A stretch of 64,000 nucleotides of DNA, taken from assembly GCA_963778655.1 (NCBI GenBank), contig CAVZVA010000002.1, positions 128,001 to 192,000 on the forward strand. Reading direction: 5' to 3'. Below, piece after piece: positions 12,001 to 18,194 of this stretch (its first letter is position 1; every line of letters begins with the position of its first letter). Origin of the DNA: an uncultured delta proteobacterium (GTDB taxonomy: Bacteria > Myxococcota_A > Polyangia > Polyangiales > JAFGIB01). The position numbers and the translations under genes were made by a program. The notes under the pieces are model-generated. The model was not told where the DNA came from. It saw only the letters and a list, made by a program, of their open reading frames with translations, and searched no databases.

Positions 12001-13731
12001 GCAGGTGTCGTCCCCCGCAGCGGGCGTGCCCGCCACGCAGCTATCGACCTCCGCGCCGTCGATGCACGAGAGCTCGCCGTCTGCGGAGCAGGCGCCGACG
12101 CCGCAGCTAGTGACCGTCACCTCGTAGTCCTCGTCGGTCTTGCCGTCGCAGTCGTCGTCGAGGCCGTCGCATGAAAGCTCCGCGTTGCCAGTCGGCACGC
12201 ATGCGCCGCCGTCCATACCGGCGTCGGGCGTGCCTCCATCGAGTGCCTCGCGGGTGCAGTCCGCAGCCGTGACCACGACACCCGAGCCCGGTGCGTGCTC
12301 GAGCACCAGCAACGGCGGTGTGGCGGTCTCGCGCGATGTGAATTCGATGTGACCGGCTTGTTGCTCCGCCTCCTTCTTGACGAGAAACCCACTGAACGGG
12401 GTGAAGCCCTCGAGGTAGCACGCCACGTCGCGCGTCACGTCGAAGCGCACGACACCGGTCTCGCCGCTGGCGATCAGCGCGGTCCCCGAGGGCGGGTCGT
12501 TCCAGGCCACCTGCTCGTCGGGCAGATCCGGCTTCCACATCGACCACGCGGTCGGACCGCCGCAGTCAGGGCTGCTGTTGCTGGTGTCGGTGTCCACCGA
12601 GCAGTTCCAGGTTGCGCCGAGCTCGGACCAGTCGTGGAGCATGCGGTGGACCCCGAGCACGCGGTCCGGCCCCCAGTTGTCGAAGGTCTTGCTGATGGTG
12701 AGCTCCAGGTGTGCCTGCCGCAGGCCTTCCCCGGCGAGCGCGCTCGCGATCGCGGGCCCGTCGAAGTCGAGCAGCGCTCGGTTGCGACCCGAAGCCTGGA
12801 TCCGCAGGATCGCGTCGGCGCCCTCGTTCTGATTGGGAGCACCCTTGCGCACGTAGGTGTCGGCCGTGGCGACCACGGTCGCGCTCCGCGCAGAGCCCGC
12901 GTCCATCGCCGCCGCGTCCATCGCCGCGTCCATCGCGCCCGCCGCGTCCTTTGGGCTGCCCGCGTCGCGCGGCTGCGCGCCCTGCACCTGCAGCACCAGC
13001 TGCGCTCCCAGTCCCTGCCCCTGCTCGTGCGCCTTGAAGTCCACCGAGCCGCTGGCGCTCTCGTCCACCTTCTTGAGCAGCCAGCCGTAGCCGGGCCAGC
13101 TGCCGTCGAGGATGGCCGCGACGTCCGCTGTGAGCTCGAGGCTGACGGTGCCGGTCTCCTTGCTGGTGATGGTTGCGCTGGCGGTTTCGGGCGAGAGCCA
13201 GGGCTGCGTCGCGGGATCGGTGGAGCTCATGTCCCAGGCCGTGTCGCCCGCGCAGTCGGCCGAGGAGTTGTAGATGCTCAGGTCGATCGCGCAATTCCAG
13301 GTGGCTGAGTATTCGGCGCTGGCCTGCTTCAAGCGGTGGACGGCGATCGGTCTACCGCTGCTGCCCCAGTCGTTGCCGGCGCTGTCGATCGTCAGCTCGA
13401 GGCTTGCGCCGAGCAGGGTGCCGCTGCCCACCGCCTGCCGGATCGCGTCCGCGTTGAAGAACAGCAGCGCGCGGTTCTTGCCCGACGACTGCAGGCGTAC
13501 GACGGTGTCGCCGCCCTGATTGGTATTGGGAGAGCCCGACTTCAGATAGGTTTCCCCGATGACGGGCAGCGTGGCAGTGGCAACCGTCAGTGCGGCGCCG
13601 GCCGCCGCCACGTGCGGCGCTCGGGGCTGGGTGGGCCGCTCAGTGCAGCTCCAAAGCGCGCCTGCAAACCCCGCCATCAGGACGAACGCGCACGCGTGCG
13701 TTGTCCGCCGTGCCGCAACTCTCGATCGCAT
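1..13731 (-). CDS. Giant multidomain RHS/YD-repeat surface lipoprotein, 3'-truncated by the window edge (>4577 aa)
   Basis: ATG at 13731 gives MRSRVAARRTTHACAFVLMAGFAGALWSC (lipobox-like). Position 1 is in the same frame (...PVQYEYDARGNVTKQTD), and the ORF track lists no minus-strand ORF in this frame, which implies no stop. Domains read by hand: 2 DNRLRE-like (~13580-12300); CDG(V/I/L)DDDC(D/N)G repeats (~12170-9700, ~8700-8510); LamG-like (WWPGDGNAHD...FQGMIDEITLYD, ~9520-8880); Cys-rich CDD-type repeats; discoidin-like (~6570-5700); PKD (WTFGDG, WDFGDG; ~5700-4880); IgGFc-binding-like (DAYLALPVERLGSEY, CDHLIEQMPP, GDPSFMLVPP; ~4540-3210); Ig-like repeats (~3050-1050); RHS/YD core (VVRSYDSRDK...FGYGWRL, YAYDLNGNL, SYDGDGRL). 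Confidence 0.9.
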   Translation of the reverse strand, partial: MRSRVAARRTTHACAFVLMAGFAGALWSCTERPTQPRAPHVAAAGAALTVATATLPVIGETYLKSGSPNTNQGGDTVVRLQSSGKNRALLFFNADAIRQAVGSGTLLGASLELTIDSAGNDWGSSGRPIAVHRLKQASAEYSATWNCAIDLSIYNSSADCAGDTAWDMSSTDPATQPWLSPETASATITSKETGTVSLELTADVAAILDGSWPGYGWLLKKVDESASGSVDFKAHEQGQGLGAQLVLQVQGAQPRDAGSPKDAAGAMDAAMDAAAMDAGSARSATVVATADTYVRKGAPNQNEGADAILRIQASGRNRALLDFDGPAIASALAGEGLRQAHLELTISKTFDNWGPDRVLGVHRMLHDWSELGATWNCSVDTDTSNSSPDCGGPTAWSMWKPDLPDEQVAWNDPPSGTALIASGETGVVRFDVTRDVACYLEGFTPFSGFLVKKEAEQQAGHIEFTSRETATPPLLVLEHAPGSGVVVTAADCTREALDGGTPDAGMDGGACVPTGNAELSCDGLDDDCDGKTDEDYEVTVTSCGVGACSADGELSCIDGAEVDSCVAGTPAAGDDTCDGVDDDCNGAVDDGYAGAATSCGSGACAATGTLVCLQGQVHDTCVPLCESQCADGLDNDGDGQVDCADSDCAGATGCAVVGSPCTSDADCVGLATPEEPAFCALSLPGGYCVRPCDPAASPSTCPEGSHCEGGACFASCDAAGGCAVSTQICSAVPDYGVTTPFCRPTCAEPCPDGNYCDPQNDVCQACLSDDTTCDGVDQDCDGRVDEEFVAETSTCGVGACLRTGTTACVNGEAQTDCTPGTPAPSDTTCDGIDDNCSGTADEGYVPVATSCGVGACSRTGTTACVAGTVSDGCVPGNPAAADASCDGIDDDCDGHVDEEYVSESTSCGLGACMRTGATSCVNGTVQTACAAGPPAGSDTSCDGIDNNCDGTADEGYVPVATSCGVGACARTAMSSCVNGEEQSNCVPGTPAASDTTCDGVDDDCNGIVDDGYVPVATSCGVGGCARSGTSSCVNGAVQIECAPGAPAASDATCDGVDDDCNGTADDGYVPVVTSCGVGACARSAMSSCAGGLVQSNCSPGTPAASDSTCNGIDDNCDGTADEGYVSLTTSCGVGACGRLGSTFCVAGVVGDTCTPGNPAAADATCDGNDDDCDGIADEDYAPVPTSCGVGACARAGATSCVLGTVADSCAAAAPAANDATCDGLDDDCDGTVDEDYVAVATSCGVGQCASTGSSSCSNGMEQDSCVPGTPAASDTTCDGADDDCNGQVDDGYVPRATSCGTGACANTGSTSCVNGVEQDDCTPGGVDADTTCNGLDDDCDGKIDEAVVGLDDGEPCTIDSCDPATGIISHQHLAPGASCSDGNVCNGAETCQPPHAQICAPTVGGVVAWWPGDGNAHDVIGGHDGTPQNGLTFAAAEVDQGFSFDGVDDQVDLSAHAAALNLAGQATLEMWVRIPTDTCRTIFHLSQDATHEQYLRVGNGCGVTNSLVMWTYVNGGTTQTATVTAPSSLRSILIDAGRFHHLALTFSGSGAVPLVYIDGTQVSATPSSGTTAAGQWGGFPSPVTATLGSHSGTQYFQGMIDEITLYDHVLTQPQIQLIANVYGGGKCKPTVCTAGPPPGAGYPCDDGDHCRINDQCDGASRCLAGSVVPPDSSCDGVDDDCDGTADEDYVPTPTSCGTGECTNTGIATCVSGQLQDSCVPGAQYQDDDCNGHDDDCDNWIDEGYVPSCLGSSTVTCVQGQVVTTSCADADLCNGQETCESGTCQPGTPPVVDDANPCTTDSCAPASGVSHVPVADGSPCGDGDACNGQETCQSGQCQAAVPPTVDDGDPCSIDTCDPAVGVVHTPAAAGTSCSDGNVCNGEESCELVPLLFSVGPQQAYLHTVNGSTDAVAVRLADFGILPGQQITLTAVGHVYGGDGYVNDLGAVFSSTSELRPADQRYRVPGAIASGLPQVVTGTTYFGGEQTDIAEDFRIPTSGVAVNVPQHAAYLFLALFDRYYADNTAAGEFDAQVNVAASHCGSGTPLVTDDGNVCTADTCDPVLGIAHTPLPGAPCDDANACTVGDSCDSAGTCQAGAPLVIDDGDPCTIDSCDPATGAVHTAAPEGADCSDGNACNGAETCGTPTAVEHFEQVNPRTTFLNFHALYARAYRLSDFGLQPGDRIALRAQGSFAGTFNNGTELLGIFSSTDELLPPGPSGNWSRVPGAIASDAPPYDIHFYIDNRDIADDFRIQPAGVVVTVPEGAVFLFIGANDESYGTSEPFDDNADLDGDFGLVIARDVPPVFGCQPGQTPQIDDGDACTSDRCDEAQGVLHDPNPQGVLSCTQLGAECGQPSDGCGGTLDCGTCPSGQVCGSLETGKCGPPPLQVTPVIHVSRGVNRAHYGGGARVVEYGAGDRVLDPSAATPLIYTSLKMSLGSSPEPRYVSVRLAGADQPVFDEVSLQINEGGADHAELWVSSAETFDLGSFVKVGEVVPPVDGAVDFQLAPVQARYVRLVFERLSSTDYDWGGYLSQLNVSTRSREGGVVSLLEGGADVVRASTETRSGWATGAFDYSHQTVWQTGSAGEQWAVLALAPAGQAVSQLEMSAYDVGKGTSAKDFDLQLSNTGSADGDFSTVLAQTSWEDDNGDFVWELAPTRARYARLRLHSSYGGGTYRIADVRLYSPELGGAQVPFEDMTPLPQSEVASRLWTFGDGASSTERYPSHTYAEPGTYQIALSVTDVQGRVGVAHATYTVLQAPVPDFTWTPDSPAETDGSGPFATLFDASRVVDGQRVLSRSWSGPVIFDDCTGGCLWVNGAFAQADSPLTVRFPQDGDIPLHLTVTDSQFLTASIVKSVPVHNVPPEVNAGPDIGILWGQRARVGHPGEAVMDHGDDEASLHCVWDFGDGHTVAIDPCNRHVDTQRDHVYADPGVYTASLTAFDDHTSTTDTAIVTVDRRPSVVVPLTMVPTAADGDFELSARLFDALDNSAPVVGREIVFSHNGEIVTAVTDADSVARAVVHFDPLSLSTVEYGFAGDDRYYPNSDSVDFEVRQGDSAPTELGQSTSGDQGVRFVLAFPQNANAAYSSPDTRRLVLMISSRVATTAHVRAPSVGFEADVGVAPDQVSRVVVPDTLRMGGLTDRGYNVGDSGLIEDKGIEVTSLDEIRVQALDRLWGSSDAYLALPVERLGSEYLVLAAYNEKEPYFGSPSGSQLSVAAIEDDTQVTIVPTAEVAPGPDLPQGAPIGVPFTVTLNALQTLQLEAGSVDAYAFEDFTGTRVSSSKPVAVYGGHVCTPLSSVYSACDHLIEQMPPVTAFGTRFPIVPAEGPQTYGDVGDIVRVMAGADGTEVRVDGQLMATLDRGAVYQFREGLFSGHEVITSQPSLVGQYILGAGFNNLGDPSFMLVPPADQFVDHLIVSPPEPTDPLLGAAATDFSFRDHLSIIAKSTEAGGIRVDGQPVPGAWRALGDGTYAGARMPLEQGSHVITSDILGAKFMASSYGYEYYGSYAMPVGMQLAQPACRPTVTVPGDGIDNDCDGIEGEERKNGIDDDGDGVPDEDLALEPDPNAANHAPVVFSTSYGGLQDNAAFALPGYDPDGDALTYRVTSGPAATLNGNVLTGPSGVYTIVANDGELDSQPATLSLGAESYLSPACRDPLQATVNRCNERPYFRGSTLVSQVIKVPPGQVVPFVAQVHAFDWDLQPIRYELPLTAPGGQNANLAPGMALDPDTGVFTWLVDSTMAGSYHLILSATDSLGGNTLDGSVTLTVMTDASNAPPVFDSQPVVEAQVGDLYLYNLAAHDPENQALSYDLVTGPAGMTLSGNTLSWTPADGNVGEHTVLVRVSDAGGAAAVQAFTVSVLGSPLRFASTPSLLASVGAEYRYQPEVVRLTGQPQVTYDFDQVCMTGCAALAPKGMALDPATGEIFWTPTQDQLGTHGVVLIARDELGNVDRQFFNIEVLQNAVTPRITSTAVTHAVVHGHYRYDVDAADLGTREVLSYTLLDWPQGMTIDMVTGLIEWQPDALGSYAVTVQVTDSGGLQDTQSFTVEVTEDSSPPVLDVNVDQETIVPGGTLTLTALASDEVGVSSLEVTIDGAPAQLDENGQLDFSSSSRGVHTVVVTAVDASGNVSTKTLLVGVQDAGDTTPPVVAISTPAKDAEATYLQAIVGTASDPNLMGYTLEQRRTGESSWTQVAQGYQSVQDGALGTLDATLLRDGYYELRLTAHDVNGQSSEVVIPVRVEGQAKVGVVQLSFVDMAVPMAGIPITVVRSYDSRDKNKQDFGYGWRLDVKQGSLQHNRAPGSEWFVTYPDTPYGFNFPCTITLEHEQHLTEVRLSEREWYLFRATLVPSSQVPLVSGQCAMTYSYEQVDGSTAGAQLLVVGNDQVLTQLQQPPIGGEAPYGVDAVDALDPTQPYNPGKLQLQLADGRVIELSEQNGIELVQDRNGNAISIDAAGIHHSGGKSISFERDAQGRISAVVDPSGRAVQYAYDLNGNLARVTNQVGEATRFSYRSDLPHHLQSIIDAAGRKVAALSYDGDGRLSGVCDAEGGCSQSSYDLPGRSVVQTDATSRPVQYEYDARGNVTKQTD
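9700..12170 (-). repeat. Intragenic Cys/Asp-rich repeats of about 56 aa (~168 bp), putative metal/Ca-binding motif
   Basis: About 11 consecutive copies of CDG(V/I/L)DDDC(D/N)GxxDExY...TSCGxGAC at ~9710-11400, two more near 11975 and 12145, and others near 8520 and 8680. Confidence 0.85.
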
Positions 13732-13887
13732 GAGCCCCCCTACTTGCGACGGCCGCTCCTCAGCCGTCGATCCATCCGCGAAGATCCGGCTAGCGAATCT
13801 CCGTCCACGAATCAATGGGGGAAGAGCTCAATCACCGCGTTTTCGCCCAGTCGCCCGCGGATCCGAGCGAAGCCGCGTGCGACTCGA

Positions 13888-13965
13888 GAGCCAACGTCAC
13901 CCCTAGGGGTGTCCGTCGATGGCGCGCAACCGAGCCAACGTCACCCCTAGCTAGGGGTGTCCGTC
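13888..13965. promoter_or_regulatory. Duplicated ~30-bp element, each copy with a perfect palindrome; candidate operator upstream of the giant RHS gene
   Basis: GAGCCAACGTCACCCCTAGGGGTGTCCGTC at 13888-13917 and GAGCCAACGTCACCCCTAGCTAGGGGTGTCCGTC at 13932-13965. Confidence 0.55.
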
Positions 13966-14634
13966 ACCGCCTTGACCGCCGAGGCGCACCACCAGCATCT
14001 GCACCAGGTCTCCGACGTGCTCGGCCTGGCAGCGCGCGAGCAGACGGCGCAACACGGTCTTGCAGGTGTTGGGCGAGACGCCGAGCGCAGCCGGAAGCTG
14101 CGGGCGCCGCACCCCGCGCAGCAGCAACTCCAGGACCTGCGTCTGACGCGCGGTAAGCCCGTGAAGCCGCGCGAAGCACGCGAGCTCCGACTGCACGAGG
14201 TCGCGCGCGGCCGGCAACGCCGCAGCGGCGGTCGCCTGCACGCGCGCGCGCAGCTCGAGCGCTTGGGCGATGCAGCGCTCGAGCTGTGCGTGCGTGAAGG
14301 GCTTGGGCAAGAACGCATGCGCACCCAGGCGCGCGAGCTCGAATCCCTCCGCAGCCGACGCTTCACCGCTGATCGCGATCATCAACGGCAGCGGCGCGAT
14401 GCGGGACGCCTGCGCGAAGATCGGATGGCTGGTGCCATCGGGCAGGCGCACGTCGGCGATCAACAGGTCGAGCGGCGCGGCGACCGCAGGGCCTGCTTCG
14501 CACAACGCGCCGGCCTCGCGCACCTCGCAGTCCCAGCCCGACAACGCACGCGTGAGCGCGCGGCGCATCAGGTCGTTGTCCTCGAGAATGACCACGTGGG
14601 CGAAGCGCTGCCCCAACCGCTCATCTAACAGCAC
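13951..14634 (-). CDS. Response regulator, REC + LuxR-type HTH
   Basis: VVILEDN, LLIADVRLPDG (phosphoacceptor Asp), FLPKP; C-terminal LTARQTQVLELL...LGVSPNTCK helix-turn-helix. Confidence 0.88.
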   Translation of the reverse strand: MLLDERLGQRFAHVVILEDNDLMRRALTRALSGWDCEVREAGALCEAGPAVAAPLDLLIADVRLPDGTSHPIFAQASRIAPLPLMIAISGEASAAEGFELARLGAHAFLPKPFTHAQLERCIAQALELRARVQATAAAALPAARDLVQSELACFARLHGLTARQTQVLELLLRGVRRPQLPAALGVSPNTCKTVLRRLLARCQAEHVGDLVQMLVVRLGGQGGDGHP

Positions 14635-14829
14635 GCCCGCGGACCCCCGGTGGGCCGGCCGGTGTCAAGCCCGCCGCATGCCCGTCTCTGGGGGTACCTC
14701 CCGCCCATGAACCGACCATACCAGCTTGGTCGGGGGGTCGCGAGGGTCGAATGCTGGCACATCAGGCCAGCCCGCTTTTGCGGGCGCGGTCCTCAGCCGG
14801 GCGGGTCGGGCTCGGCATATACTCCGGCG

Positions 14830-15948
14830 ATGCCCACCCCTGCCGGACCGGCCGCGGACTCCGAGCTGCTCGGCTCGGTGATCGAAGGTCGCTATCGCCT
14901 GGTCGAGCGCCTGGGCGGAGGCGCCGTGGCCGAGGTCTTCCGCGCCGAGGATCTGTCGGGCGCGGCGGCGGTGGCAGTGAAGGTGTGGCACGCGTCCGTG
15001 CTCGACACGCAGGCCGCCGGACGCTTTCACCGCGAGACCAAGGCGCTGCTCACGCTGGAGCATCCGCGGATCGTGGCGATTCGCGACTACGGCATGCTCG
15101 AGGGCTCGCCCTACCTGGTGATGGAGCTGCTGCACGGCGAGGCGCTCGAGACGCGGCTGGGCCGCGGGAGACTGCCGGCGGACGAGGCGCTGGCAATCGT
15201 GCGCCAGTTGCTCGAGGCGCTGGCCTACGCGCACGAGCACAACGTGGTGCATCGCGATCTCAAGCCGGAGAACGTGTTCTTGCTGGCCGACTCCGAGGGC
15301 GCCCTGCGCGTGAAGGTGCTCGATTACGGGCTGGCGAAGTTCCTGCAGGCCGAGGACGACCCGATGCCGGGCGCGGTGCTGACGCGCCGCGGCATGATGG
15401 TGGGCACGCCGCTGTACGTGGCGCCTGAGCAGGCGCTTGGCGGGGCCATCGACGTGCGCGCCGACGTGTACTCGGTCGGCTGCATGCTGTTCGAGCTGCT
15501 CTCGGGGCAGCCGCCGTTTCTGGCCGAAAGCCTGACCGAGCTGCTGCGCGCGCACTTGGTCGCGCCGATTCCGCAGCTGTCCGCGTTCGCACCGGAGCTT
15601 GCGCGAGGCGCCGCGCTGCAGGCCGTGATCGAGCGGGCCATGGCCAAGACCCCGGCGGAACGCTTCGCGAACGCGGGCGAGATGTTGCACGCGCTGGAGC
15701 AGGCGGTTGCGGGGGTCGAGGCAGCCGGGCTCGCGGCCAGCGCGAAGGCCGGGGGGGCGGGGTCGGCCGGGGCGCGGGCGCCCACGGCCACGCCTGCGAC
15801 CGGGGCCGCGGGCGCCGCGAAGGAGGAGGCGGGCGCGGCGGAGGCGGGCGCGCCAGCTGCCCCGGTGCCGGGCAGCTCGCGCGCGCTGCTCGTCTCGTTC
15901 GTGCTGGTGCTGGCGGGCGTGGTGCTGCTGTTCTGGCTCGCGCGCTGA
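14830..15948 (+). CDS. Hanks-type Ser/Thr protein kinase with C-terminal TM anchor
   Basis: LGGGAVAEV, VAVK, HRDLKPEN, DYG, GTPLYVAPEQ, DVYSVG; hydrophobic C-terminus. Start moved to ATG 14830. Confidence 0.92.
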   Translation: MPTPAGPAADSELLGSVIEGRYRLVERLGGGAVAEVFRAEDLSGAAAVAVKVWHASVLDTQAAGRFHRETKALLTLEHPRIVAIRDYGMLEGSPYLVMELLHGEALETRLGRGRLPADEALAIVRQLLEALAYAHEHNVVHRDLKPENVFLLADSEGALRVKVLDYGLAKFLQAEDDPMPGAVLTRRGMMVGTPLYVAPEQALGGAIDVRADVYSVGCMLFELLSGQPPFLAESLTELLRAHLVAPIPQLSAFAPELARGAALQAVIERAMAKTPAERFANAGEMLHALEQAVAGVEAAGLAASAKAGGAGSAGARAPTATPATGAAGAAKEEAGAAEAGAPAAPVPGSSRALLVSFVLVLAGVVLLFWLAR

Positions 15949-16096
15949 GCGCGGCGCTGGGCAATCACGGACGCGGCGCCATGTGTATAGCGGCCGCTAC
16001 AGCCTCCGGCACACGCGGCACGTTCGCGACACGGCTGTCATGGGATGGCCGCTGAGAACGCCCCCAATACCTGAGGTGAGCGGCCATGGAACGCGC

Positions 16097-16112
16097 TGGC
16101 GTCCTTCTTGCA
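16097..16112 (+). promoter_or_regulatory. Putative sigma54 (-24/-12) promoter
   Basis: TGGC-GTCCTTC-TTGCA has the canonical TGGC-N7-TTGC spacing and ends 16 nt before ATG 16129. Confidence 0.5.
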
Positions 16113-16128
16113 TGTAATCCTCGTCATT

Positions 16129-16278
16129 ATGAAGGCGCTCCGCTCCAAAGCCTTGCTGCTCGCCATGCTCGCGCTGCCCGGTGGGTTCGTGATCACCCCG
16201 GCGTTGTGGCTGCTGCAGCGGCACGTGGCGCGAACCCAGCCCAACGGCCAGCCCGCGCCTCGCCCCGAGGTGAGCTGA
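16129..16278 (+). CDS. Small (49 aa) single-pass membrane protein
   Basis: MKALRSKALLLAMLALPGGFVITPALWLLQRHVARTQPNGQPAPRPEVS*; GC3-rich codons; below the size shown in the ORF track. Confidence 0.55.
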   Translation: MKALRSKALLLAMLALPGGFVITPALWLLQRHVARTQPNGQPAPRPEVS

Positions 16279-16652
16279 AGCGGGGCCGGGCGCGGCGCCC
16301 CGGCTGCGCGCCTCGCCTTTGAGCCCGCAGCCCCTAGCGCCGGGGCGCCGCTGGCCAGCGCAGCGCGCAACGATTGCGCCGGAGGCACCGATCTTGCGTT
16401 GGCTCAGAGCCGCAGGGTCCAGTCTGGCCGTCCCCGGCAGCCCGCCAGGCGGCGAGCGCTTGCTCGCTTCGAGCCCGGCGCGGCTCGCGCAGGCCGATCC
16501 GGTGGTCCGGGTGGGATGGGGTGGGGCACCTTATGTGTGCCAGACTATCAGGCGCTGGCAGAGGGCGTCAGCGCGCGAGGCAAGCGGCCCTGGGCAGGGG
16601 CTGGGAGGTCCGGATGGCGTGTGCGAAGGGGAACGGCGGTGGGGAGGAGGCC

Positions 16653-18170
16653 ATGGGCAGGGCGTGCGGGGTGCTGCTCGGCCTGTGCGGGCTGGTGCTC
16701 GGATTGTGCGCCTGCAGCTCGGACGCCAACAGCAACACCTCACGCGGGCTGACCCAACAAGGGAGCGCCGGCGGCGCGCCGATCCCCGGCGGCATCACGC
16801 CGGCGCCCTCGAGCACGGGCGGCTCCGGCGGCGTGATCAACCCCAATGCCCCCTCCTCGGCCGGCCCCGCGGTGGACGCCGGGCCGCCGTGCGTGAATCT
16901 GCAGTGCCAGAAGCACGAGTGTCCGGGCGGAGGAAGCACCACCATCAGCGGCACGGTCTACGACCCGGCGGGCAAGAACCCGCTCTACAACATCGCGGTG
17001 TACGTGCCCAACGAGCCGGTGCTGCCGTTGAGCACGGGCGCCTCCTGCGACACCTGCGATTCCCTCTACAGCGGCATGCCGATCGCGGCGGCGGTCACCG
17101 ACGCGGCAGGCCACTTCAGCATGGATAGCGTGCCCGACGGGGCGAACATCCCGCTGGTGGTGCAGGTCGGCAAGTGGCGCACGCAGACCGTGATTCCCAA
17201 CGTGGTCCAGTGCCAGGACAACCCGCTGCCGGACCACTCGCTGCGGCTGCCCAGAAACCACATGGAAGGCGACATTCCCAACATCGCCATCTCCACGGGC
17301 GGCGCCGACACGCTCGAGTGCCTGCTGCGCCGGGTGGGCATCGATGCGGCGGAGTATGTACCCGGGGCGGGGGGCGACGGCCGCATCCACATCTTCCAGG
17401 GCACGCCCCGCATGGGCGGTGGCGGCCGCGGCGGCGGCCAGGTGCCCAACACCTCGCCGCCGGCGCCGGTGGCGTCGGCCTCGCTGTGGGACACCACCGC
17501 CGACCTGATGGGCTACGACATCGTGCTGCTGTCGTGCGAGGGCGAGGAGACCGTGAACATGAACCAGCAGGCGCTGCACGACTACGCCAGCGCGGGCGGG
17601 CGCGTGTTCGCCTCGCACTTCCACTATGCGTGGTTCAACACCGGGCCCTACGGCAACGAGAACCTGGCCACCTGGTTCACGGGGTCGAACAGCATGGGCA
17701 ACATCTTCTCAACCATCGTGACCACGCTCCCCAACGGCATGCCCTTCCCCAAGGGCATGGCGATGGAGACATGGCTGACCAACGTCAACGCCCTGACCAA
17801 CGGCGAGCTGCCGATCGAGCAGGCCCGCCACAACGCCGACGTGAGCGCGACCAACCTGCCGTCGCAGGCCTGGATTCTCGCCGATCAAAACGCGAATCCG
17901 CCTGGCGCGACCGAGTACTTCTCGTTCAACACGCCGACCGACGCGCAGATGACGCCGGACGGACCGAGCTACTGCGGGCGCGTGGTGTTCAGCGACCTGC
18001 ACGTCGGGGCCGCCTCCATGGACAACCCCCAGCAGCCGGTGCCGGACGAGTGCACGAACGTCGACCTGTCGCCGCAGGAAAAGGCGCTCGAGTTCATGCT
18101 GTTCGACCTGTCCTCGTGCCTGACGCCGGACAACAAGCCGCCGCAGCCACCCACGATCATGATCAAATAA
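16653..18170 (+). CDS. Secreted lipoprotein with carboxypeptidase-regulatory-like domain
   Basis: GGAGGAGG RBS before ATG 16653; lipobox LCAC; ISGTVYDPAGKNPLYNIAVYVP and VVQVGKWR motifs; strong codon bias. Confidence 0.75.
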   Translation: MGRACGVLLGLCGLVLGLCACSSDANSNTSRGLTQQGSAGGAPIPGGITPAPSSTGGSGGVINPNAPSSAGPAVDAGPPCVNLQCQKHECPGGGSTTISGTVYDPAGKNPLYNIAVYVPNEPVLPLSTGASCDTCDSLYSGMPIAAAVTDAAGHFSMDSVPDGANIPLVVQVGKWRTQTVIPNVVQCQDNPLPDHSLRLPRNHMEGDIPNIAISTGGADTLECLLRRVGIDAAEYVPGAGGDGRIHIFQGTPRMGGGGRGGGQVPNTSPPAPVASASLWDTTADLMGYDIVLLSCEGEETVNMNQQALHDYASAGGRVFASHFHYAWFNTGPYGNENLATWFTGSNSMGNIFSTIVTTLPNGMPFPKGMAMETWLTNVNALTNGELPIEQARHNADVSATNLPSQAWILADQNANPPGATEYFSFNTPTDAQMTPDGPSYCGRVVFSDLHVGAASMDNPQQPVPDECTNVDLSPQEKALEFMLFDLSSCLTPDNKPPQPPTIMIK

Positions 18171-18194
18171 GGGGCGGGCCGGCGCGGCCCCAGC

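Noticed and set aside
9700..12170. Regularly spaced repeats as a possible CRISPR array
   Set aside because: Units are in-frame coding repeats with synonymous divergence, there are no unique spacers, and no cas genes are present.
12890..12960. GTCCATCGCCGC repeats
   Set aside because: They encode a low-complexity MDAA/DAG linker within the giant protein and are not a separate element.
43..13308. Long + strand ORFs (43-2889, 3040-5418, 6214-7407, 8785-12174, 12295-13308)
   Set aside because: All are codon-aligned antisense shadows of the giant minus-strand gene; they are Arg/Val/Ala-rich with no recognisable motifs.
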